Assembly (NCBI RefSeq): GCF_902713615.1
Contig: NW_024055454.1
Location: forward strand, 1 to 64,000
Direction: 5' to 3'
DNA: 64,000 nucleotides
Origin: Scyliorhinus canicula
Lineage: Eukaryota
The notes beneath the pieces are model-generated. The model ran no database searches. It had not been told where the DNA came from and saw nothing but the letters and a program-made list of their open reading frames with translations. Below, piece by piece: positions 12,430-24,299 of the stretch (within the stretch, counting starts at the first letter, position 1; every line of letters starts with the position of its first letter). A program made the translations under genes and the position numbers.

Positions 12430-13010
12430 AATCATCTGAAGTTGTTGAATTCGATGTTGAGATGGGAAGTGCGTATCGTGCCTAACCGGAAGATGAAATG
12501 CTGTTCCTCCAGTTTGCTTTGAGCTTCACTGGAACATTGCAGCCGGCCAAGGACAGACATGTGGGCATGGGAACAGGGTCTTGTGTTAAAATGGCAAGCA
12601 ATGGAAAGGTCAGGGACCAGAATGCACACAGAGCGAAGATCTACGTTTGGTCTCTCTGATATAGAGGAGACCACACTGGGAGCAGTGAATGCAATAGGCC
12701 CATTGAAAGAGGTTCAAGTGAAACGCTGCTTAACCTGGAGTCAGTGTTTTGGGCCTGGGATGTTAAGCATGAAAGAGATAAAAGGGCAGGTGTTGCACCT
12801 TCTGTGATTGCATGGCAAGGTGCCATAGGTGATGGGAGAGGTGCTGGGTATGGTGGAGGAGTGGACTAGATTATCTCGGCGGGAACGGTCTTTGTGGAAT
12901 GCTGACACAGGGAGTGATGGGAAGATGTGTTTGGTGGTGACATCACGCTGGAGTTGGCGAAAATAGCAGAGCATTATGCTTTGCATATGGAGGCTGGTGG
13001 GGTGAAATGT
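12430..13010 (-). mobile_element. Penelope-like element fragment, second family (degenerate GIY-YIG C-terminus)
   Basis: Minus frames give ...QRFTC... and KLEEQHFIFRLGT...LNIEFNNFR, the typical PLE C-terminal motif. Confidence 0.75.
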
Positions 13011-13014
13011 GAGA

Positions 13015-13692
13015 ACGGAACATGGAGGGCTCCCGCTCGGGAACGGCATTTTCGGGGCTTTAAGCCCGCTCCCAGGCTCCACGGACACCTAAAGAGCAGG
13101 CAGAAGGCACGTAGAAGCCACACAGAAGGCACAGCAGAAGAGGATGTTCAGGATCAGCAAGAAGACGTCCATTAAAAAGACAGCTGAGGGCCCGTCGGGG
13201 AATGGAGAAGTCACCAAGGAAAAAGGAGGCTGGAGCACCTGGAGAGGCCGCATTGCCTACGACTGAAGAGATAACCAAGGTGATGGCTGCAGAATTCGAA
13301 AGGCAGTTTACAAAATACTTGGACACGATGGGAAGAAGATGAGGGAGGTTTTGAGTGTGTTGGTGGAGGAGGCGATTTCCCCGGTGATGACGGCGGTGGC
13401 AGGTGCAGTGGCGGAGATGCGGGTTCAAGGTGAGGCGCTGAAGGAAGTGGAGGAGACGTTATTGCAGCACGGTGATCAACTTACCTCGATGGGGAAGGAG
13501 ATGCAGAAGGTGCTGGAGATTAACAAGGATCTACAAGGGAAAATGGAAGACCTGGAAAACAGATCCAGGCGACAGAATTTGAGGATTGTGGGGCTGCCTG
13601 AAGGAGTTGAAGGGCCGAGGCCGACTGAGTATTTTGCCACTATGCTGGCGAAACTATTGGGGGAGGGGGAGGATCCATCCCGATATGAATGT
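13015..13692 (+). mobile_element. L1 5' fragment (5' UTR and ORF1 coiled coil), 3'-truncated
   Basis: ORF 13339-13782 contains the L1 ORF1p motif MEDLENRSRRQNLRIVGLPEGVEG; no ORF2 follows. Confidence 0.85.
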
Positions 13693-14500
13693 TTGTGGAA
13701 GAGGGAGCAATCAAGCGGGCTGATTTGGCTGGATGGTGTTAAGCTTCTTGAGTGTTGTTGGAGCTGTACTCCAGGCAGGTGAAGAATATTCCATTACACT
13801 CCTGACTTCTGCCTTTTAGATGGTTGACAGGCTTTGAGGGGTCAGGAGATGAGTTACTCACTGTAGGATTCCTAACCTTTAACCTGCCCTTGTAGCCACA
13901 GTATTAATATGGCTAGTCCAGTTCAGTTTCTGATCAATGGCAGCCTCCACCGTCTCACAGCCCAGGATTGTTGATAGCGGGGGATTCAGCGATTGTAATG
14001 TCATTAAATGATGGATAGATCCTCTCTTGTAGGAGATAAAGAACAAGAACAAAGAAAATTACAGCACAGGAAAAGGCCCTTCGGCCCTCCCAGCCTGCGC
14101 TGATCCAGATCCTGTTGCCTATTTTCCAAGGATTTACTTCCCTCTGTTCCCCACCCGGCATTGCCTGACACTTGTGTGGCACGAATGTAACTTGCCACTT
14201 ATCAGCCCAAGTCTGGATATTGTCCCGGTCTTGCTGCAGTTAGACATGGACTGCTTCATTATCTGAGGGTTGACGAATGGTGCTGCACATTGTGCAGTCA
14301 TCCACAAACGTCCCCACTTCTGACCTTACGCTGAAGGCAGGTCATTGATGAAGCAGCTGAAGATGGTTGGGCTTGGGACACTACCTTGAGGAACGCCTGC
14401 AGTGATGTCCTGTAGCTGAAATGGTTGGCCTCCAACCACCACAACCATCTTCCTTTGTGCCAGGTACGACTCCAACCAGCGGAGAGTGTTTCCCCTGATT
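13692..14500 (-). mobile_element. CR1/L2-type LINE RT fragments
   Basis: VPQGSVPSPTIFSCFINDLP in ORF 14326-14538 and adjacent degenerate RT sequence. Confidence 0.75.
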
Positions 14501-14710
14501 CCCAGTCCAAAGATGTGCGGGTTAGGTGGATTGGCCATGCTAATTTGCCCGTAGTGTCCTAAAAAAGTAAGGTGGGGGGGGGGGGGGGGGGGGGGGAGTT
14601 GTTGGGTTATGGGTATAGGGTGGATACGTGGGTTTGAGTAGGGTGATCATTGCTCGGCACAACATCGAGGGCCGAAGGGCCTGTTCTGTGCTGTACTGGT
14701 CTATGGTCTA
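14500..14710 (+). mobile_element. V-SINE 3' half with poly-G expansion
   Basis: cccagtccaaagatgtgcgggttagg...gggccgaagggcctgttctgtgctgtac. Confidence 0.85.
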
Positions 14711-15190
14711 TGTTCAAAGAGTTTGGAGAGCAGCGGGAGGTTGAAGATGGGGCAGTAATTTGTAAGGATGGCAGGGTCAAGGGTTTATTTTTTTGAGGAG
14801 GGGGTGATGATGGCAGATTTGAAGGACAGAGGGACAGTACCTGAAGAGAGAGAAATGTTGACAATATCTGTGGCCACAGGGTAGTTGGCTGATCAGTAGC
14901 TCAGTGGGAATAGGGTCGATGGAGCAGGAGCTGGGTCTCATGGACAAGATGAGCTCTGAGAGGGCATGAGGGGAGATGGGAGAGAAATTAGAGAAAGATG
15001 TGGGTTCAGGGTTCGGGAAAGGATGACATTTAGAGACAGTTTGGTCCGGTGGGCTCGTGGAAGGGAGGGAAGCAGCAGAGGCAGCTGATCGGATTGACTC
15101 AATCTCAGTCACAAAGAAGCTCCACAAGCTCCTCACACTTCTTGTTGGAGGCGAGGATGGAAGAGACGGGGCGAGCGAGTACTTCAAAAG
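14710..15190 (-). mobile_element. L2-clade LINE fragment
   Basis: ORF 14777-15187 (FSNFSPISPHALSELILSMRPSSCSIDPIPT) is L2 ORF2-like; a related piece lies at 29730-29900 on plus. Confidence 0.7.
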
Positions 15191-15379
15191 GAACTAACTT
15201 GTGTCAGAGATATTAGAAAGTTTCAACACACGGTATATTTAACACAAATCTAATTTATTTGACTATTACCCAGAATATTAGCCTCTGTAAATGGGCTGGA
15301 ATTGTTATCAGCCGAAAGAGACCCAAATGAACATGGTTCAGTCCGGAATGTGAGGAACAGCAAAATCCAATCACTGTGG

Positions 15380-16249
15380 TTACTTGTGGCCTCGCTGGTG
15401 TCTCAGCAGGTGGGATGACTGAGTGAATTCCTTTGCACACTTGGTGCAGGCGAATAGCCTCTCCCCAGTGTGAATTTGCTGGTGCATTTTCAGGCTTAAT
15501 GACCGAGTGAATCCCTTCCCACACTTGGGGCAGGTGAATGGCCTCTCCCCAGTGTGAATTCGCTGGTGTGTCAGCAGGTTGGATGACACAGTGAATCCCT
15601 TCCCACACTCGGAGCAGGTGAATGGCCTCTCTCCGGTGTGACCTCGCTGGTGCTTCTGCAGGTCAGATAACTGAGTGCATCGTTTCCCGCACTTGGTGCA
15701 GGCAAATGGCTTCTCCCCAGTGTGATCCCGTTGGTGTGTCAGCAGGTTGGAAGACTGAGTGAATCCCTTCCCACACTTGGGGCAGGTGAATGGTCTCTCC
15801 CCAGTGTGAACTCGCTGATGTACAGTGAGGTTAGATGATTGCCTGAACCCAGTCCCGCAGTGAAAGCACCTGAATGGTCTCTCGTCAGTGTGAACACATT
15901 GATGGCGCATCAGCTCCCCAGAACTTTTATAGCAATTCCCGCAATCTGAACATTGAAACGGTCTCTCATCAGTGTGAACTCGCTGATGTGTTTGCAGGGC
16001 AGATGAAGTGGTGAATTCCTTCCCACACCCTGAGCAGGTGAATGGTCTCTCCCCAGTGTGACTACGTCGATGAGTTTCCAGCTGGGATGGGAACGTGAAT
16101 CCTTTCCCACAGTCCGCACATTTGCCCGGTTTCTCCTCAGTGTGACTGCATTTGTGGCTTGTGAGGCCTGATGATCGAGTGAATCCTCGTCCACACACAC
16201 AACACGTGTCCGGTTTCTCCCCACTGTGAACAATGCTTTTTCCTTCCAT
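15380..16249 (-). CDS. C2H2 zinc-finger protein B, 289 aa, 10 fingers, no effector domain seen
   Basis: Open ORF with 10 CxxC...HxxxH units and TGE(R/K)PF-type linkers; likely acceptor near 16362 (gtttcacag on minus). Confidence 0.9.
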   Translation of the reverse strand: MEGKSIVHSGEKPDTCCVCGRGFTRSSGLTSHKCSHTEEKPGKCADCGKGFTFPSQLETHRRSHTGERPFTCSGCGKEFTTSSALQTHQRVHTDERPFQCSDCGNCYKSSGELMRHQCVHTDERPFRCFHCGTGFRQSSNLTVHQRVHTGERPFTCPKCGKGFTQSSNLLTHQRDHTGEKPFACTKCGKRCTQLSDLQKHQRGHTGERPFTCSECGKGFTVSSNLLTHQRIHTGERPFTCPKCGKGFTRSLSLKMHQQIHTGERLFACTKCAKEFTQSSHLLRHQRGHK

Positions 16250-16504
16250 GATCGATGATATTCAGTATATGATAAATTGAGGGCTCTTGTCAGATCCTAA
16301 TGTGATGCTTGGTTTGAGTTTCCGGACTTTGAATCCTCCCCTTCGAACACCCTGTGAAACTGATTTAAAACAGAAAATAGGGAGTGAGAGAGAACCCACA
16401 AAAATACAAAGGCAGGTTATGAAATTGAGCTGAATGAATCTGGTCATTTCTGGGACCGGCACTAGGAAAAAGTGACCATGAAAGTTGCTAATTGTCACTA
16501 AAAC

Positions 16505-16845
16505 GGGCAACACGGTAGCATAGTGATTAGCACAATTGCTTCACAGCTGCCGGGTCCCAGGTTCGATTCCAGCTTGGTTCACTCTCTGTGCAGAGTCTGC
16601 ACGTTCTCCCCGTGTGTGCGTAGGTTTCCTCCGGGTGCTCCGGTTTCCTCCCAGAGTCCAAAGATATGCGGGTTTGGGGGATTGGCCGCGCTAAATTGCC
16701 CTTAGTGTTCAAAATTGCCCTTAGTGTTGGTGGGTTACTGGGTTATGGGGGTAGGGTGGAGGTGTGGGCTTGGGTAGGGTGCTCTTTCAAAGAGTTGGTG
16801 CAGACTTGATGGGCTGAATGGCCTCCTTCTGCACTGTAAATTTTA
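16505..16845 (+). mobile_element. V-SINE, full length
   Basis: A-box-like tagcatagtg, B-box ggttcgattcc, central V domain and CR1-like tail. Confidence 0.9.
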
Positions 16846-16989
16846 TTTTAAAAACCCAACTGGCCTATTCGGGAGAAGAGAGAAAGGGGCGAAGAGGGAT
16901 TTTGTGTATCTACAAGTCAGATTAAAGAGAGTAGTTGGCAAAGCAAATTCGATCTTCAGCTTCATAAACAGTAATATTGACACAGAAAC

Positions 16990-17345
16990 TATGCTTTCGG
17001 TGGCAATGATTAGCACTGCTACCTCACAGCGCCAGGGACCTGGGTTCAATTCCGGCCTTGGTGACTGTGTGGAGTTTTCACTTTCTCCCCGTGTCTGCGT
17101 GGGTTTCCACCCGGTGCTCAGGTTTCCTCCAACAGTACAAAGAAGGGACAGTTAGGTGGATTGGCCTTGATAAATTGTCACTTCGTGTCCAGGGATGTGC
17201 AGGTTAGGTGGGGCTATGGGGTTACAGGGACAGGGTAGGGGTGTGGGCCCAGACAGGGTGCCCTTTCAGAGAACCAGTGCAGACTCGATGGGCCGAATGG
17301 CCTTCTGCACTGTAGGAATTCTACGGTTCTAATTCTATTCTATGA
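16990..17345 (+). mobile_element. V-SINE, near full length
   Basis: Same modules as the copy at 16505-16845. Confidence 0.85.
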
Positions 17346-17496
17346 ATCTTTATGAAGCTCTGGTCACCACTCTTCAGGAAGAATGGGAAGGTTCTTGGAG
17401 AAGGTGCAGAGGAGATTTACCAGAATGATTCCAGCAAAGGAGGTTGAGGGGTGATTTGATTCAGGTCCACAAGGTTATAGAACAGAAAATAGAAAA

Positions 17497-17655
17497 TTGC
17501 TTATTGTCACGAGTAGGCTTCAATGATGTTACCGTGAAAAGCCCGTAGTCGCCACATTCCGCGCATGTCCAGGGAGGCTGGTATGGGAATCGAACCGTGC
17601 TGCCGGCCTGCCTTGAAAGCCAGTGATTTAGCCCAGTGTGCTAAACCAGCCCCTA
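17497..17655 (-). mobile_element. SINE family 2
   Basis: Reverse complement of the copies at 3603 and 18142. Confidence 0.85.
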
Positions 17656-17749
17656 TGCCAGATTTCCATCGGGTGGACAAACAAACTCTGTTTCCATTCA
17701 CTGATCGTACAAGCAGTCAGGACACAGATTTAAAGTTTTGGGTAAAACC

Positions 17750-18110
17750 TGGATTGAACGATACAAGATACTGAGGGGTCTTGACAGGGTGGATGTGGAG
17801 AGGATGTTTCCTCTTGTGGGAGAATCTGGAACAAGGGGGTCACTGTTGCAAAATAAGGAGTCGCCCATTTCAGATGGAGATGAGGGTTTTTTATTCTCTT
17901 GCGGGTTGTAAGATTCTGCTTCCACTGCCTTTTAAGGATGCGAGTTCCAGAGTTCTTGAATACTTTAAGGCAGAGCTGGATAGATTCTTGATGGGCAAGG
18001 GGGTTATCAGGGGTAGGCAGGAATGTGGAGTTGAGGTTAAAATGAGATCAGCCGCAATCTTATTGAATGCTGAGCAAGCTCGAGGCGCCGAGTGGCCTGT
18101 TCCTAGTTTG
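17750..18110 (+). mobile_element. CR1 3' fragment
   Basis: YKILRGLDRVDVERMFPLVGES-like translation and CR1-type 3' UTR. Confidence 0.8.
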
Positions 18111-18141
18111 TATGTAAAAGGTACAGGAGATATGAGGAGAT

Positions 18142-18322
18142 AGGGGCTGTTTAGCACAGTGGGCTAAATCGCTGCCTTTGAAAGCAGGCCAGCAGCACGG
18201 TTCGATTCCCGTAACAGACTCTCTGAACAGGCACCGGAATGTGGCGGCTAGGGGCTTTTCACAGTAACTTCATTTGAAGCCTACTCGTGACAATAAGCAA
18301 TTTTCATTTCATTTCATTTCAT
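18142..18322 (+). mobile_element. SINE family 2, full length
   Basis: Head ggggctgtttagcacag, B-box ggttcgattcc and a (CATTT)n tail. Confidence 0.85.
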
Positions 18323-18719
18323 ATGGGATATTTTTTTACACAGCGAGCAGCAATGACCTGAAACCTGCTGCCGATCAGGGAGTTTGAAAATAGACACAAT
18401 GAATGATTTGATTTCAAAAGGAAATTGGATAGACATCTGAGGGAAATAAACCTTTGAGGATACAGGGAACAGGAGAATGGCACTGACTGGATTGCTCCAG
18501 AGAGCTAGCACGGATTCAATGGGCCGAACGCCATTCTCTGTGTCATCATGTCCCTGACTCCTTTGTGTAATCTAGTTTTGTAATAACCCCGGGGGGGGTT
18601 CAGATATCACTCAGGTAAATCTGTGCTACACTCCCTCCGAGGCCATTCTATCCTTCCTCAGGTTTGTTGCCCAGAACTGAACACAGTTCTCCAGGTTTGG
18701 CCCAACCAGGGTTTGTGAA

Positions 18720-18960
18720 TCTCGGGGCTTTTCCAGTCACACTGAGACCTGAAATCTTCCCTCACAGACAGAACAGACAAACCTTTTACCTTCCACATCC
18801 AGATGCTGCTGATATTCAGGTTCTGATGAATCGAGTGACTCTGTCAGATTGCGATGTGACGTTTGGTTTGAGTTTCCCGTCTGTTAAACCTCCACTTCCA
18901 GTACCCTGTAAATTTACAAAAACCTCACTGTCAGTTTAGGATAGATATTCACAACATTCT
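18720..18960 (-). pseudogene. Truncated ZNF coding-exon 5' leader with splice acceptor; no fingers follow
   Basis: Similar to 9515-9720 and 36780-36990 (ttttccagtcacactg, gatattcagg...aatcgagtgact.gtcagat, cctgtaaa...ttacaaaa...cactgtcagt). Confidence 0.65.
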
Positions 18961-19184
18961 CTCCTCGCCAACTTTGATTAAATGTATTCCTGGAGGTTTG
19001 ATCACATGACCTGCCCCCATCCTCCAGCCATTAATCGGTCAACACATCCATCCTTGTGACACACTGCCTTCCTCGGCCAAATGGGAAGCAAAAGGACTCA
19101 TTATCTTACAGGACAGTTACTGTCCTAACGATTTTCCAGACATCCAGGTATGAATCTCACCAACACAGGAAGTGGAGTTGGAGC

Positions 19185-19554
19185 TTCGGAACAGTAAATA
19201 TAAATAATTAACCTGGGTATTCACGGCCTAGTCGGCAGGGAGCGGAGTTCGTGCGAATCCAGGGAGGAGCAGATTCGGAACAGTAAATATAAATAACTTA
19301 GCTCGGGGATTCACGGCCTAGTCAGCAGGGAGCGGAGTTCGTGCGAATCCGGGGAGGAGCAGCTTCGGAACAGTAAATATAAATAATTAACCTGGGTATT
19401 CACGGCCTAGTCGGCAGGGAGCGGAGTTCGTGCGAATCCAGGGAGGAGCAGATTCGGAACAGTAAATATAAATAACTTAGCTCGGGGATTCACGGCCTAG
19501 TCGGCATGGAGCGGAGTTCGTGCAAATCCGGGGAGGAGCAGCTTCGGAACAGTA
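19185..19554. repeat. Tandem repeat, alternating 89/90 bp units (ABAB plus a partial unit)
   Basis: ttcggaacagtaa starts at 19185, 19274, 19364, 19453 and 19543; A units carry taattaacctgggta and B units taacttagctcgggga. Confidence 0.95.
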
Positions 19555-19659
19555 AGTGTAAATAATTTACCTGTTGGGTATCTGGACTGGGGGAAAAAAC
19601 TGAAACGTGACATCAGAGTAATTAACTGAGTCGGGGAGTAACTAGGAAATTAGTAACTC

Positions 19660-22600
19660 GGAGATTGCTGTTTGTATCTATGTCAACGATTTGGATGAGA
19701 ATGTACAAGGCATGATCAGTAAGTTTGCAGATGACACTAAAATAGGTGGTATTGTCGACAGTGAGGAAGGTTAGCAAAATTGCAGCAGGATCTTGATCAG
19801 CTGGGAAGTGGGCCGAGAAATGGCAAATGGAGTTCAATACAGATAAGTGTGAGGTGTTGCATTTCGGAAAGTCAAATGAAGATAGGACTTTCACAGTGAA
19901 TGGTAGGGCCTTAGGGAGTATCGTGGAAAGAGGGACCTTGGTGTTCAGGTGCACGGTTCTCTAAAGGTGGACTCACAGGCAGATTGGGCAGTGAAGAAGG
20001 CTTTTGGCGTGCTGGCCTTCATCAGTCAGGGCACTGAGTAGAGAAGTTGGGAAATTATGTTGCAGTTGTACAGGACGTTGGTGAGGTCGCACCTGGGGTA
20101 TTGTGTTCAGTTTTGATGATAGGAAAGATGTTATTAAACTGGAGAGAGCGCAGAAGAGATTTACAAGGATGTTGCCAGGACTCAAGGGACTGAGTTATAG
20201 GGAGAGATTGGACAGGCCAGGGCCTTTTTCTTTGGAGCGTAGGGGTCTGAGGTGTACAAGATCATGAGAGGCATGGACAGGGTGTATTTTTCTCCGGGTT
20301 TGGGGAATCGAGAACCAAAGGGCACATGTTTAAGTTAAGAGGAGAAAGAATTAATGGGAACCTAAGGAGCAATGGTTTTACACAGAGGGTGGTACGGAAT
20401 GAGCTGCCGGAGGAAGGAGTTGAGGCAGGGACATTGCCAACATTGAAAAGGCATTTGGACAGATACATGGATAGGAAAGGTTCAGAGGGATATGGGCCAA
20501 ATACAGGCCAATGGGATTGGCGTAGATGGGCCTTTTGGTTGGCATGGACCAGTTTGGGCTGAAGGGCCTGTCTCCATGCTGTAGATTCTATGAACCCCAA
20601 GTCTCTTTGGACCACCCACTGTACTGAACCTGTTTCCATTTAGAAAGTACTCAGTTCTATCCTTTTTCGGTTCAAAACAAATAACCTCACACATGTTTAC
20701 ATTGCCACAGTGTTGCCCGTTCACCTCGTCTGTCAACATCTCCTTACAATTTTATCCTATCATCTAGGCTGTCTACGATGCCACCGAACTTTGTATCATC
20801 AGCAACACTGCAGAAGAGGCCCTTCGGTCCATCGAGTTTGCACCGACACATGATAAACCTGGCCCACCGACCTAATCCCGTTTGCCAGCACTTGGCTCAT
20901 AGCCTTCAATGTTATGATGTTATGATCTTCATCCGGGTACTTTTTAAAGGATGTGACACAACCCGTCTCTCCCACCCTCCCAGGCAATGCATTCCAGACC
21001 ACCACCACCCTCTGGGTAAAAATGTTTTTCCTCGAATCCCCACTAAACCTCCTGCCCCTCATCTTGAACTTGTGTCTCCTTGTGACTGATCTTTCAACCA
21101 AGAGGAACAGCTGCTCCCTATCCACCCTGTCCAGGCCCCTCATGTCCACCTCGATCAGGTCACCTCTCAGCCTTTTGCTTCAACAAAAACAACACACGCC
21201 TGTCCAACTTCTCTTCATAACTAAATGTTCCAACCCAGGCAACATCCTGGTGAATCGCCTCTGCACCCCCTCCAGAGCAATCGCATCCTTCCTATAATGT
21301 GGCGACCAGAACTGCACACAGTACTCCAGCTGTGCCCTCACCAAAGTTCAATACAGCTCCAACATGACCACCCTGCTTTTGTCATCTATGTGACTGGAGA
21401 AGTGTCTCGTATGCCTTTACGCCACACTATTAACCTGCCCTTCTGCCTTCAGAGATCTATGGACAAACACACCAAGATCCCTTTGTCAGACTTCCCAGTG
21501 TCAGGCCATTCATTCAATGCTTCCCTTTGCAGGCAGCACAGTAGCATTGTGGATAGCCCAATTGCTTCACAGCTCCAGGGTCCCTGGTTCGATTCCAGCT
21601 TGGGTCACTATCTGTGTGGAGTCTGCACATCCTCCCCGTGTGTGCGTGGGTTTCCTCCGGGTGCTCCGGTTTCCTCCCACAGTCCAGAGATGAGCAGGTT
21701 AGGTGGATTGGCCATGCTAAATTGCCCTTAGTGTCCAAAATTGCCCTTAGTGTTGGGTGGGGTTACTGGGTTATGGGGATCGGGTGGAGGTGTTGACCTT
21801 GGGTAGGGTGTTCTTTCCAGGAGCCGATGCAGACTCGATGGGCTGAATGGACTGCACTGTAAATTCTATGATAATTGTCAAATTACTCCTTCCAAAGCAT
21901 ATCACCTCACACTTCTCAGAGTTAAATTCCATTTGTGACTTTTCTGCCCATTTGACTATCCCGTCTGTATCTTCCTGTAACCCAAGACACTCAACCTCAC
22001 TGTTAACCACCAGGCCAAGCTGTGTGTTATCCACAAAGCATTGATCCTACCCCCCACATGGTCATCTATGTTGTTTATATAAATGATGAATAATCGGGGA
22101 CCCAGCACAGATCCCTGTGGTACAACACTGGTCACTGGCTTCCAGTCACTGAAACAGCCGTCTGTCATCACCCTCTGTCTCCTACAGCTATGCCAATTTT
22201 CAATTCAGCTTATCAAATTACCCCGTATCCCATGTGCATTTGCCTTGTTTTTCTGAGTCTGTCCTCGTTGGAGTTCAGAAGGATGAGGAGGGATCTTATT
22301 GAAACTCACAGAATACTGAGAGGCCTGGAGAGAGTGGACGCGGAGAGGATGGTTCCACTAGTGGGAAAAACTAGAACCCGAGGGAACAGCCTCAGACTGA
22401 AGGGAAGATCCTTTAAAACTGAGATGAGGAAGAATTTCTTCTGCCAAAGGGTGGTGAATCTGTGGAACTGATTGCCACAGAAGGCCGTGGAGACCAAATC
22501 AGAGTGTCTTTAAGACAGACATAGATAGCTTCTTGATTAATAAGAGGATCCTTATTAAGTAAGGATAAGGATCTTATTTTGTAAGGGGAGAGGGTAGGAG

Positions 22601-23460
22601 AATTAAGAAGAGAAACATATCAGCCATGATTGAATGGCAGAGCAGACTTGATGGGCCGAATGGTCTAATGGTTAAAAAAAAAAATTAGAGTACCGAATTC
22701 ATTTTTTCCAATTAAGGGGTGATTTAGCATGTTCAATCCACCTACCTTGCGCATCTTTGGGTTGTGGGGACGAAACCCACGCAAACACAGGGAGAATGTG
22801 CAAACTCCACACGGACAGTAACCCAGGGCTGGGATCGAACCTCGGACATCGGCGCCGTGAGACTGCAGTGCTACCACTGCACCACTGTGCTGCCCAGCCT
22901 AACTCGGCTCCTATGTCTTATGGTCTTAAAAGTCTCCCATTGGGATCTTGTCAAAGGCTTGCTGAAGTCCCTGTAAACTGCATCAACTGCACTACCTTCA
23001 TCTACACAGCTCGTCACGTGCTCAAAAATGCAACCAAATTTGGTCGGCATGACTTCCCTCTGACAAAGCCATGCTGGTTATTCCTGATCAAATCCTGTCT
23101 CTGCAAGTAGAGATAGAGCCTCTCCAATAGTTTCCCTACCACTGAAATGAGACTCGCTGGTCTGCAGTTCCCTGGCTTATCTCGAGTGCCTTTCTTAAAC
23201 AGTGGGACCACATTAGCTGATCTCCAGTCCTCTGGCAATTCCCCCGTGGCCAGAGAGGAATACAAAATTTGTGTCAGAGCCCCTTCAATCTCCTCCCTCG
23301 CCTCCCATTGCAGTCTAGGGCACAACTCATCCGGACCTGCAGATTTGTCCACTTTTAAACCTGCCAACACCTCCAATCCCAGGTCACTCCCGATGTTAAT
23401 TTGCTCAGGAACCTCAGTCTCTGCCCAAGTTCCATATCTGCCTCCTCATTCTCTTGGGTG
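19660..23460. mobile_element. Nested CR1 RT and 3' fragments on both strands, with V-SINEs at 21532-21870 (+) and 22645-22895 (-)
   Basis: KFADDTK, VPQGSVLGP and PGN.RP.SL.SVVGKLLE motifs in several ORFs; SINE A/B boxes. Confidence 0.85.
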
Positions 23461-23479
23461 AAGATAAATGTGGTGTTCG

Positions 23480-24220
23480 TTCAACAACCTACGTCAGACT
23501 GCTGTTCCTAGACTACAGCTCCACCGTCAGCTCCATTATCCCAACAAAACTAATAACCAAACTGTGCAACCTTGGACTTGACACCTCCCTGTGCAGCTGG
23601 ATCCTTGACTCGCTCACCAACAGACTGCAATCTGTCAGGATAGGCAACAGCATCTCCCCCACAATAGTCCTCAACACCAGGGCCCCGCGAGGATGTGTGC
23701 TCAGTCCTCTACTGTACTCCCTACACACACACAAGACTGGGTGGCAAGCTTTAACTCCAATTCTATCTATAAGTTGCGAATGATACGAATGTGGTGGATC
23801 GTATCTCAAACAACGACGAGTCAGACTACAGAAGGGAGAAAGATCACTTGGTGTACCGAAAACAACCTCTCTCTAAATGCCAGCAAAACCAAGGAACTGA
23901 TCATCGACTTCAGGAAGTGTAGTATGACACACACCCCCGTCTACATCAAGGCTCTGAAGTGGGGATGGTCGATAGCTTAAAGTTGCTGGGGGGGTCACCA
24001 TTACCTACCATTTGCCCTCGTCCACTCACATTGATGCAACAGTGAAGAAAGCCCAACAGTGTCTCTACGTCCAACGGAAACTAAAGAAATTAGGCATGTC
24101 CGCATCGACTCTCACAAACTTCCACAGATGTGCGATAGAGAGCATCCTGTCCGGCTACATCACAGCCTGGTACGGCAACTGCTCGGCCCAAAATCGCAAG
24201 AAACTTGAATTAAAAAATCA
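23480..24220 (+). mobile_element. Rex1/Babar-type LINE RT fragment
   Basis: YVRLLFLDYSS...LCSWILD.LTNR.QSVRIG...GCVLSPLLYSL and AIESIL...ITAWYGNCS. Confidence 0.8.
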
Positions 24221-24299
24221 CAGCAGCCCAGGTGGTGTCTAACCAGGATTTTATATATCTCAGTGCTTCTCCAGTCACACAGATTCCAGAAATCTTTAC

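Noticed and set aside
16505-16580. tRNA genes at A/B-box sequences
   Set aside because: These are SINE heads continuing into the V domain and LINE-like tails, present in many diverged copies.
19185-19554. CRISPR-like arrays (here and at 45750, 60220 and 31703)
   Set aside because: Eukaryotic context, no unique spacers and no cas genes; they are plain tandem repeats.
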